Positions 21,092 through 32,700 are shown, counted from the first letter of the stretch. The stretch: 64,000 nucleotides of DNA from Candidatus Hydrogenedentota bacterium (GCA_963668025.2 CAXXTH010000011.1:179853-243852), one strand, 5' to 3'. The notes: a model not told the origin generated them from the sequence alone. A program made the numbers and translations.

Positions 21092-22771
21092 CTAGAGCTC
21101 CTCGGAATTGAGAATCTCATACCGGTAGCCCTGTTCCGTGAGGAAAAGCTGCCGCTTCACGCTATAGTCCTGGTCGCAGGTGTCCCGCGATACAAGGCTG
21201 TAAAACCGCGCCACCGTGTTCAAGGTCTTGGGCCGCAGAATGCGCCCGAGGCGCTGGGCCTCTTCCTGGCGCGAACCGAAAGTGCCCGACACCTGGATGG
21301 CCACGTTCGCGTCGGGCAGATCGATGGCGAAATTGGCCACTTTCGACACGATCAGCAGCTTTTCCTTGCCCGCGCGGAAAGCGGCATATAGTTCCTCGCG
21401 CTTGCCATTGGGCGTCTGCCCCGTGATGATGGGGGCCTTAAACCGCTTGGCCAGGCGCTTGAGCTGGTCGAGATACTGGCCGATGATCAACACGTTATCG
21501 CCTTCATGGCGCGCCACGAGCATCTCGCAGGTATGCTCCTTCACCGGATTCGTCGAGGCGATGCGGAACTTGTTGCGCTTGTCAGCGACGGCATAGCGGT
21601 AGCGCTCATCATCCGGCAGCGGCACGCGAATCTCGCTGCATATCGCCTGGGCGATCCAGCCTTGCTGTTCGAGCACTTTCCACGGCACGTCATATTTCTT
21701 CGGCCCGATCAAGCTGAACACATCGTCCTCGCGGGCGTCTTCGCGCACAAGCGTGGCCGTGAGGCCCAAGCGCTTGCGGGCTTGGAGGGACGCCGTGGCG
21801 CGGAATACAGGCGCGGGGAGGAGGTGAACCTCATCGTATACGATAAGCCCCCAATTACCCTCGTCAAACAGGTTGAAATGGACAAAGGGGCTGTCCTTAG
21901 CCTTGCGGTACGTCAGCACCTGGTATGTCGCCATGGTGACGGGCCGGATTTCCTTGCTTTCGCCGCTATACTCGCCGATCTGCTCTTCCGTCAGCGTCGT
22001 TTTATCGAGCAGTTCATTCTTCCACTGGCGCAAGGCCACGGTGTTGGTCGTCAGCACGAGGGTCTGGGTTTGCAAGCGCGCAATAGCGCCAATGGCCACG
22101 ACGGTCTTGCCCGCGCCGCACGGCAGTACGATGACCCCGCTGCCGCCGCGATTCGAACCGCCCGCATGGAATGCGTCCACGGCCTCCAACTGATATTTGC
22201 GCAAACCAAACGCCCGGCCGCCGACCGTCGTTTCCCGCAACTCAAGCGGCAGCGGCGCGCCCTCGACATACCCCGCCAAGTCCTCCACCGGAAAACCCAG
22301 CTTGATAAGGGCGCATTTGATGTTTCCCCGGTCCACATCCTGCACGGCCACATGATGGCCATCCGGCGTGCCCGTGATGTAGGGCTGCAAGGTCTTCTGG
22401 TTCAGAATTTGCGTGATGAGCAGCGAATCTTCCGAATACAGCACCAGTTCGTGCTTCTCGTTGCGAAACAGCTTCAGCCGCCCATACCGCGCCACGCTTT
22501 CCCGGATATCCACCAATACATTTTGTGGAATTTCGTACTTACTAAACCGTTCGAGCTGGTCGATGATCTCCGCCGCCGTCATACCAGCCGCCGCCGCGTT
22601 CCAGAGCGACAGAGGTGAGATGCGGTAGGTATGAATATGCTCCGGCGATTTCAGCAACTCCGCGAAAGGGGCGATGCTGTCCCGGGCGTCTTCAAAATTC
22701 GGGCCGCCCGTCTCGAGTAGAATCGAGCGGTCTGATTGAATGATCAATGGTTTTTCTTCGTTGTAGGCCAT
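21092..22771 (-). CDS. xpb: Bacterial XPB/Rad25-type SF2 DNA repair helicase
   Basis: Motifs 'PLIIQSDRSILLE', 'KSPEHIHTYRISPLSLWNA', 'VLPCGAGKT', 'DEVH', 'LGLTATLVRED', 'GSRQEEAQRLGRILRPK'. Confidence 0.93.
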   Translation of the reverse strand: MAYNEEKPLIIQSDRSILLETGGPNFEDARDSIAPFAELLKSPEHIHTYRISPLSLWNAAAAGMTAAEIIDQLERFSKYEIPQNVLVDIRESVARYGRLKLFRNEKHELVLYSEDSLLITQILNQKTLQPYITGTPDGHHVAVQDVDRGNIKCALIKLGFPVEDLAGYVEGAPLPLELRETTVGGRAFGLRKYQLEAVDAFHAGGSNRGGSGVIVLPCGAGKTVVAIGAIARLQTQTLVLTTNTVALRQWKNELLDKTTLTEEQIGEYSGESKEIRPVTMATYQVLTYRKAKDSPFVHFNLFDEGNWGLIVYDEVHLLPAPVFRATASLQARKRLGLTATLVREDAREDDVFSLIGPKKYDVPWKVLEQQGWIAQAICSEIRVPLPDDERYRYAVADKRNKFRIASTNPVKEHTCEMLVARHEGDNVLIIGQYLDQLKRLAKRFKAPIITGQTPNGKREELYAAFRAGKEKLLIVSKVANFAIDLPDANVAIQVSGTFGSRQEEAQRLGRILRPKTLNTVARFYSLVSRDTCDQDYSVKRQLFLTEQGYRYEILNSEEL

Positions 22772-22840
22772 ATCCAGGTAGTATAGCAAAATCGAAGGCC
22801 CTGATTGAAATTAATGATCCGTCCGATCCGCCCAATCACG

Positions 22841-23566
22841 TCACCGCCGCCGGGTCCACTCCTCATTCCCGTATTTCGTTCTGGCCAGCTCCTCTACAGC
22901 GGTGCTCTCCTCTGACGTAGGCTGTTCTTGCGGCGCATCGGGGGCGAAAGCAGCGCGAATGGCGTTCTTCAATGCATCCCCATCGGCTTTTATCGGTCGC
23001 ACGAAATGTCCGTGCGTGCGTTCACCGCGATAATCAGGACGATCTTCTGGCTCCTTCAGATAACGCTCGATGAGCGTCCCATCCATGGCCCAGAGCAGCG
23101 TGCCATGATGGAGAATCGCACGGCGGCGGCGTTTTTGGGCGTTGCCAGAGAATTTCCGCCCATCCGAGGCCATATCGGAAATGCCCGCATGGCATGCGTG
23201 AATGCCCAGCGGGACGAGGGCCTGGCTCATACGCCCAAGAAGAAAGGCATAGGAGCTCCGTATGCCGCTCAATTCAGGCTGGTTCCCGGCGCGCAACGCC
23301 AGCGTGTAATTCAAGCTGCCCGGCCCTTGCAGCACGCATCCGCCCGCACTGCACCGCCGCAGCACCGGCACGCCATCCGCCGCGCAACGTTCTTCAAACA
23401 CGTGCTGGCTTAACACTTGCGAAACACCCAGCACGACGAAAAAGCTCCGGCTTTCCCAAAAACGCAGCGCTTCACCGCATTGGCCTGTTTCAACGCCGTC
23501 CAGGAGCACTTCCTCAAAAGCTAGATTGTGTGCAGGTTCATCAAATGTGTAATCAATCAAGCGCAT
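22841..23566 (-). CDS. Lipoate-protein ligase A family protein
   Basis: Motifs 'NLAFEE', 'RRCSAGGCVL', 'KFSGNAQ', 'LHHGTLL'. Confidence 0.88.
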   Translation of the reverse strand: MRLIDYTFDEPAHNLAFEEVLLDGVETGQCGEALRFWESRSFFVVLGVSQVLSQHVFEERCAADGVPVLRRCSAGGCVLQGPGSLNYTLALRAGNQPELSGIRSSYAFLLGRMSQALVPLGIHACHAGISDMASDGRKFSGNAQKRRRRAILHHGTLLWAMDGTLIERYLKEPEDRPDYRGERTHGHFVRPIKADGDALKNAIRAAFAPDAPQEQPTSEESTAVEELARTKYGNEEWTRRR

Positions 23567-23741
23567 ATCATTTCCTGTTTCAACGTAGGCATAACATCCA
23601 TGCCGCGCCCGCCGCGTTTGCTCCATTCCGCATGCTCTGCTATGATGCACCGTGTGCGTGCTTTGCGCATGTAATGGCCAATTTGGGCCTTTCGCGGAGC
23701 GCCCATCGTATCATTGAACATAACGAGGAGGCCACCTTCCC

Positions 23742-26580
23742 GTGCTCGATACTATCTTAAAGACGCTGTTTGGAACGAACAGTGAACGCCAGGTTAAGAA
23801 GCTCCAGCCCATACTCGAGGTTGTTCGCTCCAGAGAAGCCCGCTATGCGGCCATGAATAATGACGAGCTTCGCGCTCAAACGAGCCTGCTGAAAGAGCGG
23901 ATCGCCCCAGGGATTCAACAAGCCCTCGACACCTTTCGTGAGGGCGACAGCCTGGATGATGAGGATGTACGTAAAAAAACGCTGCGCAACGCCATGCAGT
24001 CGGAAATGGACACTATTCTTCCCGACGCTTTCGCCGTGGTGCGCGAGGCGGCCAAACGCATCGCGGGCATGCGGCCTTTCGACGTGCAGATCCTCGGCGG
24101 CATCGTGCTCCACAACGGCAGCATCGCCGAAATGGTCACGGGCGAAGGCAAGACCCTCGTGGCCACGCTGCCGGTGTATCTCAACGCCTTAACAGGCTTG
24201 GGCGTCCATGTGGTGACGGTGAACGACTACCTGGCCCGGCGCGACTGTGAATGGATGGGGCCAATTTATGAATTCCTGGGCCTCACGGTGGGCCTTATCC
24301 AGCATGATATGAATACGGCGGAACGCCAAGTGGGCTACCGCGCCGACATTACCTACGGCACGAACAATGAATTTGGGTTCGATTATCTTCGCGACAACAT
24401 GGCTGTGCGGCCCGAAATGCGTGTACAGCGTTCTTTGAGTTTCGCCATCGTGGACGAGATCGACTCGATCCTCGTTGACGAGGCCCGCACGCCGTTGATT
24501 ATTTCCGGCCGACCTTCGAAAAGCACCGACCTCTATTACAAAGTAGATGACGCCGTACGACGCTTGCGCAAAGAAACCCATTACGAGATCGAGGAAAAAG
24601 GCCACCATGCCATGCTCACCGACGATGGCATGGTGATGGTCGAAAACCTGCTCGGTGTTGATAATCTGTACACCAGCGAGTCCATCGGCATTGTCCATAT
24701 GATCGAGCAGTCTTTGCGCGCCCACAACTTCTACAAAAAAGACGATGAATATGTCGTCACGAACGGCGAAGTGCTCATCGTGGACGAGTTCACGGGCCGC
24801 GTGCTCGAGGGCAGGCGGTATTCGGACGGCCTCCACCAGGCCATCGAGGCCAAGGAGCGCGTGGCCATCCAATTCGAGTCGCAAACCATCGCCACCATCA
24901 CGTATCAGAACTATTTTAAGCTCTATAACAAAATCGCGGGCATGACCGGCACGGCGGCGACGGAAGCCAACGAATTCGCCACCATATATGACCTCGAAGT
25001 GGTGCGTGTCCCCACGAATCTACCGCTGGTCCGCGAAGATATTTCCGACCTGGTCTTCGCAACTGAACTGGGCAAATTCCGCCATGTGGTCAACGAGATC
25101 AAAGAATTGAGCGAAACGGGCCGTCCGGTGCTAGTGGGCACGGTGTCCATCGAAAAATCCGAAGTAGTCGCCAACCTGCTCAAAGAGTCGGGCGTCCAGG
25201 GCTTCGAGGTGCTCAACGCCAAGCATCATAGCCGGGAAGCGTCCATTGTGGCGAATGCGGGCAAGCGCGGGGCCGTCACCATCGCCACGAACATGGCCGG
25301 GCGCGGCACCGACATTAAGCTCGGCGAAGGCGTGCGGGAACTGGGCGGACTGGCCATTGTCGGCACCGAACGGCATGAATCCCGCCGTATCGACAACCAG
25401 CTACGCGGACGCTGTGGCCGCCAGGGCGACCCAGGCACGACGCAATTTTTCCTGAGCCTCGAGGACGAAGTGGCGCGCCTGTTCGGCGGCGATAAAGTCA
25501 AGCGCCTCCTGGAATGGTTCGGCAGCCAGGAAGACATGGACGACCAGCCGCTGAGCCAGCGCATGGTCTCGCGCTCCATCGAGCGCGCCCAGCGCCAAGT
25601 CGAGGAATACAACTTCGAGATCCGAAAACACCTCAAACAGTATGACGACGTGATGGACCGCCAGCGCAAAATTATCTACGCCATCCGGCGGGATGTGCTC
25701 GAGGACCGCGATGTCACCGGGCGTTTACACAATATGCTCGAGAACACCGTGGCCGACGCCATCAACGATTATGCGCCTGAAGATGTCCTGCCCGACGAAT
25801 GGGATCTCGAGGGCATGGCCCAGCGGCTCCAGTATGTATTCGGGTATGTTCCCGATCTCAGCGGTTCCGTGGGCGAAAATCCCGTTCCGTTGCAAGAGAG
25901 CGCCGTGAATCAACTCCTAGCGGAGTATCAGCGCCGGGAAAAGCTGCTCGAAGAAGACCTCCACCGCAGCTTCATCGAGCAAATCGGCGGAGACGACTCC
26001 GCCATCGATTTTGGCCGCCATGGCCCGCAAACGCATGCACCAGTTCGAGATGATGGCCCTGCTGCGCGCCGTGGATGATAAATGGATCGATCATCTCTAT
26101 TCGATGGATTACTTGCGCGAGTCCGTGCGCCTGCGCGCATATGGGCAGAAAGATCCCCTCGTGGAATACAAGTCCGAGGGATTCGAGTTATTCCAGGAGA
26201 TGATGGCCTCCATTGAAGAAAATGTGCTCCAAACCTTGTTCCGGCTCACGGACCCGGAATTCCACAAGGCGCGGCAGATGCAGGCGCGCTCAGGGAATCT
26301 GAAGGCGGCGGAAGATCCGTTCGCCACCCTTTCCCACTATTCTTATGTGGCCGCTGATAAACAACAGGACCGCAGTTTCGCGGCGTATGACACGAGCCGC
26401 TTCGCCTTGGCGGGGCAAGATTCCGCCGCGCGGGTGGACGCGCAAGGCGCGCAACAAGAGGATAAACCCAAACGCGCACCCATCAAGCATGAAGGCCCCA
26501 AGCTCAAACCGAACGACCCCTGTCCGTGTGGGAGCGGCAAGAAATACAAGAAATGTTGTGGCGGAATGCAAGACAATTAA
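23742..26580 (+). CDS. secA: Preprotein translocase subunit SecA, one apparent +1 frameshift near 26013
   Basis: Motifs 'EMVTGEGKTL', 'VNDYLA', 'YGTNNEFGFDYLRDN', 'IATNMAGRGTDI', 'RIDNQLRGR'. C-terminus 'WIDHL..MDYLRESV.LRAYGQKDPLVEYK' and 'CPCGSGKKYKKCC' lie in the next frame. Confidence 0.96.
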
Positions 26581-28067
26581 CGAAGAGAAACGCCCTCATA
26601 ACGGCCATCATCGTGTTCTGGCTGGTGATGATGGGGCTGCTGTTCCGCCGTGAGTTTTTATCGCCTGCTATTCCAGAAGCATCTAGTGATGCGCCGCGCA
26701 TGCCCGCCGACATATGGATGGGCGTATATCTGCCCGGCGATGCGCCCGTGGGTTACATCAACGTGAACACCTTGCCTGGCGTGCGCAATGGCGCACCAGG
26801 CTCCCGCACCCGTCTCAGCGCCCATATGGCCCTTACCTTATTCGGCAAATCGACCGACATCACGCTCCTGGGTTCCACCTGGTCAGCGGAATCCGGCGGA
26901 TTCGTGGAGGGCGATTGCACGCTGCATTCCGGTGAAAGCGAGATACGCATCGAGGCGGCCGCGCGCGATAACGACCAAGGCAAGAAAATCCTCGATATCC
27001 AGGTGCATACCGCTGGCGAAACCATCCTCTTCGAGATTCCAGCCGAACAAGCCCTGCCGTTATGGCAAACAGGCGGCATTCCCGCCCTGGACGTTCAACA
27101 GCTCGAACCCGGCAAAGAATACGTGCTCGACGCTTTTGATCCCTTGACGATGAAGCCATCGAAAATCCGGGTGTCTTGTACAGGCGAGGAAACGGTTTTA
27201 TTTGAAGGCCAGGCCGTGCTGGCCCGAGTGGCCACCCTTTCCGGCGGCGCGTTAAACGCCAAAGTGTGGTTTACTCCAGAAGGCGAGATGGCGCGCATGG
27301 ACACGCCATTGGGATTTTCACTTAAACGCATCACGGCGGAACAAGCCTTGGCCCTGGCTCCATCGGAGCAAGACGGGGCCTTGCTCCAGCTTTCCGCGAT
27401 CACGCCATCCGGCAAACAGCCGTTTCGAGGAGCAACGCGCATGGCCATCCGCGTCAGCGGCATGGAAGAAGATGCGGCATTGCCCGAAGATGACACCCAG
27501 CACGCCACGGGCGGTTCAGAATATGTAGTTTCGGCTCCCGCCGGGACACAAAACATGCTGCTATCGGATGCCCCCCGCGATGAACGGACGCCTTATCTTC
27601 AAGGCGATGCCTTCATCCAAGCGGAACATCCTAAAATCAAAGAGCAGGCGCTCGCCATTACGGATGGCGCTACGGATGTAAATACCGCCGTGGACCGGCT
27701 GTATGAATGGGTCTACGCCAGCATCACGAAAGAGGCCGTGGCGAGCATTCCCTCCGCACTTGAAGTGCTCCAATCCCGCACGGGAGACTGCAACGAGCAT
27801 GCGGTCCTTTTCACGGCGCTGGCGCGCGCGGCGGGCGTGCCCACGCGCATCGCCCTTGGCGTGGTCTGGAGCGAAGAATACGGCGGCTTCTATTATCACG
27901 CCTGGCCGGAGATTTATGACGGCCAATGGGTATGGGTGGAGCCCACGCTGGGCCAGCGCATCGCGGACGCCACGCATATTAAACTTTTCACCGGCGGCAT
28001 CGAGACATGGCCCCAATTGCTGCCTTTCCTTGGCCGCATCCAGATTAATGTGCTAGACATTGAATAG
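26553..28067 (+). CDS. Membrane-anchored transglutaminase-like protein
   Basis: N-terminal TM helix; motifs 'GDCNEHAVLF', 'ARAAGVPTR', 'HAWPEIY', 'WVEPT'. Overlaps the end of secA; the start is uncertain. Confidence 0.85.
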   Translation: MLWRNARQLTKRNALITAIIVFWLVMMGLLFRREFLSPAIPEASSDAPRMPADIWMGVYLPGDAPVGYINVNTLPGVRNGAPGSRTRLSAHMALTLFGKSTDITLLGSTWSAESGGFVEGDCTLHSGESEIRIEAAARDNDQGKKILDIQVHTAGETILFEIPAEQALPLWQTGGIPALDVQQLEPGKEYVLDAFDPLTMKPSKIRVSCTGEETVLFEGQAVLARVATLSGGALNAKVWFTPEGEMARMDTPLGFSLKRITAEQALALAPSEQDGALLQLSAITPSGKQPFRGATRMAIRVSGMEEDAALPEDDTQHATGGSEYVVSAPAGTQNMLLSDAPRDERTPYLQGDAFIQAEHPKIKEQALAITDGATDVNTAVDRLYEWVYASITKEAVASIPSALEVLQSRTGDCNEHAVLFTALARAAGVPTRIALGVVWSEEYGGFYYHAWPEIYDGQWVWVEPTLGQRIADATHIKLFTGGIETWPQLLPFLGRIQINVLDIE

Positions 28068-28146
28068 AATTGCAGTCTTCGTGAGAATCTATAGGAATAT
28101 CCGCCATGGGGGAGAGTGCGTGCCATGCCTCTAGGCATATGTATTC

Positions 28147-28176
28147 TTTGCGGCTTCGCGGCTTAGCGTGAATATA
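28147..28176. repeat. Short intergenic repeat, copy 2
   Basis: 'ttgcggcttcgcggcttagcgtgaatata' matches 8981-9012. Confidence 0.6.
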
Positions 28177-28263
28177 CTCTTATAGGTAAGCGGTTTTACG
28201 TTATTTCTTCAGTACGTATGCATGATACATTTTACCAGGAGCGGTAATAGCAGAACTGCGCCC

Positions 28264-28339
28264 AAAAAATGAAGCCCTCTGCCTGTGGACAGATACGCGG
28301 CAACAAAAGGTGTATCCACAGTATGGCAGAGGGCTTCAT
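28264..28339 (-). terminator. Long-stem intrinsic terminator for the minus-strand pilin-like genes
   Basis: 15-bp stem atgaagccctctgcc / ggcagagggcttcat with an inner tgtgga/tccaca pair. The A run on + gives a U tract on - just after the stem, about 45 nt past the stop at 28383. Confidence 0.75.
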
Positions 28340-28382
28340 CGAAGGCGCTCTACAATATGTCAATCACGGCGATTTAGCCAAA

Positions 28383-29468
28383 TCAGCCCCATCCGCCCAT
28401 CGAGCCGATGTGATAGCCAAACCAATACCGCATCTCGTCTATCTGGCCTTCGCGGAAAACGACGGGCACCTTTGCGTTCAGCCGGACGAATTCCACATGG
28501 CCATCCATGTATAGCACATTGGAGCCGCCTGGAAGATGGTTGAAGTTGGTCTGCGCCTGGTTGGATTCTCTCTCGGGAGCCCAAGATTGCATGCCGCCGG
28601 CGGCCCAGGCGTCGAACATCACGACAATGGAACTCTGGCCTACCGCCGCGCTTGCGGGATTGTTGATGTCGGTGATGAAGAACCGTTCGACGCCTTCCTT
28701 GTTGCGGTACAGCATCTTCGGCAAGGGCGAGCGGTCGTCATCCAGCCATGTTTTCGGGGGCTGAGGCGTTCCTCCGTTGATTCCCGTTATGACCTTGCTT
28801 ATGTCCGTGGTCGTTATCGGTATTTCCTGGAATTGGTGAATGGCGAAATTCTTGCCCCAAGGCGTGCTGGAAGTTCCTTGCTGCATGCCCACCCATTTGT
28901 AACCGGCGCCATAGACCTGTCCAGCCAGCGCTAGGAGCAATTGGCCCGACGTGCGCGCCGCGTAGGGCGTGTAGATGTATGACGGGTTCAGCGAAAGCAC
29001 CATGGGCAGCCACCATTCCTTCGCTAGGGGATCCGTGTTGGACGCAATGCGCTTGACCTGGGCCGCCACATCTTCATCGATCAGATCTTTGACCGTCAAG
29101 CCGCGATATAAAATCTCAAAGGGCGTGCCCATTCCGCCTCGGGAATCCGAAGGACAGATCATGATAGCCGGGTCATTCCAGTAATCCGGATACAAGTCTT
29201 TCGCATTGACGCCGTGGATCAGCGGCCAGGACGCGCCGCCGTTGTTTCCTGGCAAATACAACGGAGAGAAGGGGAAATTCCCGCTTTTGCTCTCGCCGGA
29301 GTACATCTTGAAGATGATGCCCCATTGTTTGAGGTTGCTCGAGCAAGAAGCCCGCCTCGCGGCTTCACGGGCGCGCGCAAGCGCTGGCAACAAGATAGCG
29401 GCTAATATGGCGATAATAGCGATAACCACTAGCAACTCGATGAGCGTAAAACCTTGTTTCTTCTTCAT
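28383..29468 (-). CDS. Prepilin-type N-methylation protein (DUF1559 / H-X9-DG family), copy 1
   Basis: Motifs '[43 protein letters not shown]', 'CPSD', '[14 protein letters not shown]', '[16 protein letters not shown]'. Confidence 0.92.
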   Translation of the reverse strand: MKKKQGFTLIELLVVIAIIAILAAILLPALARAREAARRASCSSNLKQWGIIFKMYSGESKSGNFPFSPLYLPGNNGGASWPLIHGVNAKDLYPDYWNDPAIMICPSDSRGGMGTPFEILYRGLTVKDLIDEDVAAQVKRIASNTDPLAKEWWLPMVLSLNPSYIYTPYAARTSGQLLLALAGQVYGAGYKWVGMQQGTSSTPWGKNFAIHQFQEIPITTTDISKVITGINGGTPQPPKTWLDDDRSPLPKMLYRNKEGVERFFITDINNPASAAVGQSSIVVMFDAWAAGGMQSWAPERESNQAQTNFNHLPGGSNVLYMDGHVEFVRLNAKVPVVFREGQIDEMRYWFGYHIGSMGGWG

Positions 29469-29584
29469 TTCACTATCTCCATATCTCATTATATATTTGC
29501 TGTTTATTTGCTACAGATGCGGATTCTCTACTTTCTTGCGTCCTTTCGCAGCACCACGGAAGTGACGCAAATAACCTTTCAGAA

Positions 29585-30685
29585 TCAGCCCCACCCTCCA
29601 TAGGTCCAGGTCCAGAAACCGAATGTCTGGTAAAATCGCATGTCGCCATCCACGGGTGTCGAGCCATTTCCTGGCATGCAAGGCCAATTGTTCGGGAACC
29701 GGCAAAACGCTACGTGGCCATCCATGTAGAGGGTGTTGCTGCCGCCAGGAATGTGGTTGTAGGTTACTTGATTTGTATTGGTCTCGGGATACCAGGGGGC
29801 AGCGCAGCCGCCAGCCCAGCAATCAAACATCACGATCATTTCACTTTGGGACTTTGCAGCTGCAGCGGGATTGTTGATGTCGGTGATAAAGAATCGTTCG
29901 ACACCTTCTCGTAGTCGCTTGACCGTCGTAGGTAGTGGGCTGCCGTCATCGTCGGTCCAAGAGGATGTTCCAGTATTGCCAGAAATATAGCTTTTTGCGT
30001 ACTTTGTAGCCTTTTCAGTCAAGTCAGTCTCAAATGTAGCCCAGCGTACGACTGCGAAGTTACCCCACGGCGTTGATTTAGAGCCTGCATAATATTCCAG
30101 CAAATCTTCCGTTCCACGGGCGCCGCCTTCTACTGCCCAGTTCTGCACGCACATAGCGTGTACCAATCTCGATTTTGTACCGGTCGCCCAAGGAACATAG
30201 TGGTACGAGATGTTTTGTGACAACACCACGCCCAGCCACGGTTTGGCCAAAGAATCGTTACTTGAGGCCACCTTTTGAACGAACTCACTCATGGGATCGC
30301 CCACCAAGTGCTCTACAGAAAAATTTGTGACCAAGGCACTGATTATCGAACTAGAACCACCCCGCGAGTCCGACGGACAAATCATGAGATTCGCATCTGA
30401 CCAGTAGTCGGGATAGATTGAATAACCGGCCACCCCATGAAACAGACCTGAATACACCTGGTAATCCGAAGCAGGAGGGAACAGTCCGCTCTTGTTCTCA
30501 CCAGAATACATTTTATAAATGACGCCCCACTGCTTGAGGTTACTCGCGCACGAAGCCCGCCTCGCAGCTTCACGAGCGCGTGCAAGCGCGGGTAATAAAA
30601 TCGCTGCAAGGATAGCGATAATAGCGATAACCACTAGCAATTCAATGAGCGTAAAACCTTGCTTACATCGTTGGTTTTGTATCAT
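29585..30685 (-). CDS. Prepilin-type N-methylation protein (DUF1559 / H-X9-DG family), copy 2
   Basis: Same N-terminal motif, plus 'CPSDSRG', '[15 protein letters not shown]', '[16 protein letters not shown]'. The central region diverges from copy 1. Confidence 0.92.
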   Translation of the reverse strand: MIQNQRCKQGFTLIELLVVIAIIAILAAILLPALARAREAARRASCASNLKQWGVIYKMYSGENKSGLFPPASDYQVYSGLFHGVAGYSIYPDYWSDANLMICPSDSRGGSSSIISALVTNFSVEHLVGDPMSEFVQKVASSNDSLAKPWLGVVLSQNISYHYVPWATGTKSRLVHAMCVQNWAVEGGARGTEDLLEYYAGSKSTPWGNFAVVRWATFETDLTEKATKYAKSYISGNTGTSSWTDDDGSPLPTTVKRLREGVERFFITDINNPAAAAKSQSEMIVMFDCWAGGCAAPWYPETNTNQVTYNHIPGGSNTLYMDGHVAFCRFPNNWPCMPGNGSTPVDGDMRFYQTFGFWTWTYGGWG

Positions 30686-30799
30686 AGTACGCCTCACTTT
30701 CCTTAGCGAAAACAACGACGCGGCACCACTTCCTTTTCAGGAACAATTACTCATACACCCTGATAAGTTGGTTATATTAAAGTAATAGCTCACTTTTTT

Positions 30800-30833
30800 G
30801 GGGGGCCATGCCACTACTCCCAGCACGGCCCCC
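30800..30833. other. GC-rich stem-loop between the surface-protein gene and the pilin genes
   Basis: gggggccatgc...gcacggccccc. It is followed by an A run rather than a U run on the coding (-) strand, so it is not a canonical terminator. Confidence 0.5.
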
Positions 30834-30893
30834 AGTCTTTGTTCAAGAGATATCATCAAATGCAATTTGTTAGCTTACGCTAAATACGCACAC

Positions 30894-32618
30894 CTACCGT
30901 TGTAACCGGCGGCGAGCCGAGATGCTTAATGCACCGCCAAGCACCGCCAAGCCCAGGATAGACAACACGGGCAATGCGCCACTACTACCGGGGTAGGAGA
31001 GCGGATCGTTCGGGTCCGTGCCTGCTTCTACTTCATCGCCATCGTTATAGGTGTCATCATCGGAATCGGCATCGTTCGGGTCCGTGCCTGTATCCGTCGG
31101 GCTCACATACACGCCAGTGTCTGTCTCGACCGAATCAAGCAAGCCATCGTCGTCTGCGTCTTCATCAGCCACAGGTTCGCCACTCTCAATGATCAAGTCG
31201 TCAATCGATAGGGTCCAGTCTCCACCCGGCGCGGCGGCATCTGACGCCTGGATGCTTATGCCCACGTTTCCACCCGGAACCCACTGCATCGCCTGGGCAT
31301 CCTGTGCGCCTTCGGTGTTGCCGCTGAAGTTAATAAACGGCCCGCTTCCGCTGGCAAGGAACAACGCCGTCGTGCCATTTGCATACACCTCGATCCGCAC
31401 TTTGAAGGAGGTCTGAAGAACACTGCCATAACTGTCATCGGATCTCCATTGATGCAGCCACCAGCCCGTATCATTTTGATTCATGAGCGCGTAGCTGGTG
31501 ATCATGCCAAAACTGAACGGCAAAGGACTATACACACCATCCATCACACCCATGGCAAAAACACCGCCTCCATTGAAGAATTGGTTGGCGGAGTCGGGAA
31601 CCGTAAATTGGATGGCGAACGGCGGCGCCAGGTTGTGATCCCAAGTGACGGGATCGTCGTAGCTCCTCAGACCCAACCGGGAAGAAATGTATGTATTTCC
31701 GTCGCCATCGCTGTTGAAATTCAACCTGCCATTAGCAAACGTGACGTCCGCGTTCGTGGCGTTCTCCGTGGTAGCCGCTGTCAGATCATCCAGCGTCCAT
31801 GGGCTGTCCAGCGTTCCGTCGGAGAAATCCTCCACGATCTGGGTGCCAAATTCCGTGGTGGTCATCCGGTCCGTCGTGATGCTGACGTTATCGATAGCCA
31901 ATTCGAAGCTATTCGGCTGGGGCGCTGCCGTGTCCACTGCCGTGAGCAGGAATCCCAGCGATTGGTCGAGACGAAGCCCCGCCCAGCCATGCTCCATGGA
32001 TTCAATAGGCGCACCTTCATTTTCCTTGTCCATGCTGATGTTGACGAACTCACCGCCATTCTTGCTTTGCCACACCTGCCACTTGGGAGCGGTTCCTCCT
32101 ATTTGCACGATGCGATAGGTGAGCGAAGTGACGCCCGTCGCGGAGAATTGATCGTAATGAAATCCTGAGCCGATGTCCTGCACATGAATCGTTCCCTCGG
32201 AATTCATTACACCTACATAGTCGATGGTGTATTGATAGTAATTGAAACAGGAAACAAGCTGGGCGCCGCCAGTTGTCACATCGGTCAGCGATGCGGCCAC
32301 GTCCGGTATGGTGAATTCATACGTCACGTTAGCCCAGGCGGAAAACGCATTGTCTGCGCCAATATACGCCGTCGCCAAACAGGGCGTCGTGCCCGCGCCA
32401 TTTCCGTCTTTCGTGAACTTGAATACGCCGTCTTCAACGGCAGTGCCAGCGCCTACCGAGGCGCCATAGCCAAAGTTTGTATATGCTTGGACACCCCAAA
32501 GCCCACCGAAATCCGCGTCGCTAAACGTCTCAGTATAGGTGTTGACGGTTGCAGCCATGGCAGCACCCCCCACCATACACAACGCCAGCAGCGCCACACT
32601 TAATCGTTTCGTCCTCAT
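30894..32618 (-). CDS. Secreted surface protein: two related beta-rich domains, TSP3-like acidic Ca-binding repeats, C-terminal sorting signal
   Basis: Signal peptide. Domains begin 'ETFSD'/'EDFSD' and end 'LAIDNVSI'/'LSIDDLII'. Acidic region 'DADDDGLLD..GTDPNDADSDDD..GTDPNDP'. C-terminus is 'GALPVLS' + TM helix + 'RRRLQR'. Confidence 0.8.
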   Translation of the reverse strand: MRTKRLSVALLALCMVGGAAMAATVNTYTETFSDADFGGLWGVQAYTNFGYGASVGAGTAVEDGVFKFTKDGNGAGTTPCLATAYIGADNAFSAWANVTYEFTIPDVAASLTDVTTGGAQLVSCFNYYQYTIDYVGVMNSEGTIHVQDIGSGFHYDQFSATGVTSLTYRIVQIGGTAPKWQVWQSKNGGEFVNISMDKENEGAPIESMEHGWAGLRLDQSLGFLLTAVDTAAPQPNSFELAIDNVSITTDRMTTTEFGTQIVEDFSDGTLDSPWTLDDLTAATTENATNADVTFANGRLNFNSDGDGNTYISSRLGLRSYDDPVTWDHNLAPPFAIQFTVPDSANQFFNGGGVFAMGVMDGVYSPLPFSFGMITSYALMNQNDTGWWLHQWRSDDSYGSVLQTSFKVRIEVYANGTTALFLASGSGPFINFSGNTEGAQDAQAMQWVPGGNVGISIQASDAAAPGGDWTLSIDDLIIESGEPVADEDADDDGLLDSVETDTGVYVSPTDTGTDPNDADSDDDTYNDGDEVEAGTDPNDPLSYPGSSGALPVLSILGLAVLGGALSISARRRLQR

Positions 32619-32700
32619 ACAGATTACCCTCCATTATGTGTTTGTTGCCTTCTCTCCTTTGTTTTCCGGCTGACACAATTGCCGAAAAACCTCTCACCGC
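32619..32700 (-). promoter_or_regulatory. Conserved 5' leader, copy A (hairpin plus RBS), shared with the fucosidase gene
   Basis: Aligns almost co-linearly with 35050-35128. Confidence 0.65.

Noticed and set aside
18222-22618. Long plus-strand ORFs opposite addB and xpb (and similar shadow ORFs elsewhere)
   Set aside because: They are antisense shadows of high-GC genes with no recognisable motifs.
23742-26580. secA, addA and glgX as true pseudogenes
   Set aside because: All motifs are intact, and each break is a single extra base in a homopolymer.
28383-30685. Pilin pair as a diversity-generating retroelement or shufflon target
   Set aside because: No reverse transcriptase, template repeat with A-specific mismatches, or recombinase is present. 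The pair looks like ordinary paralogy.
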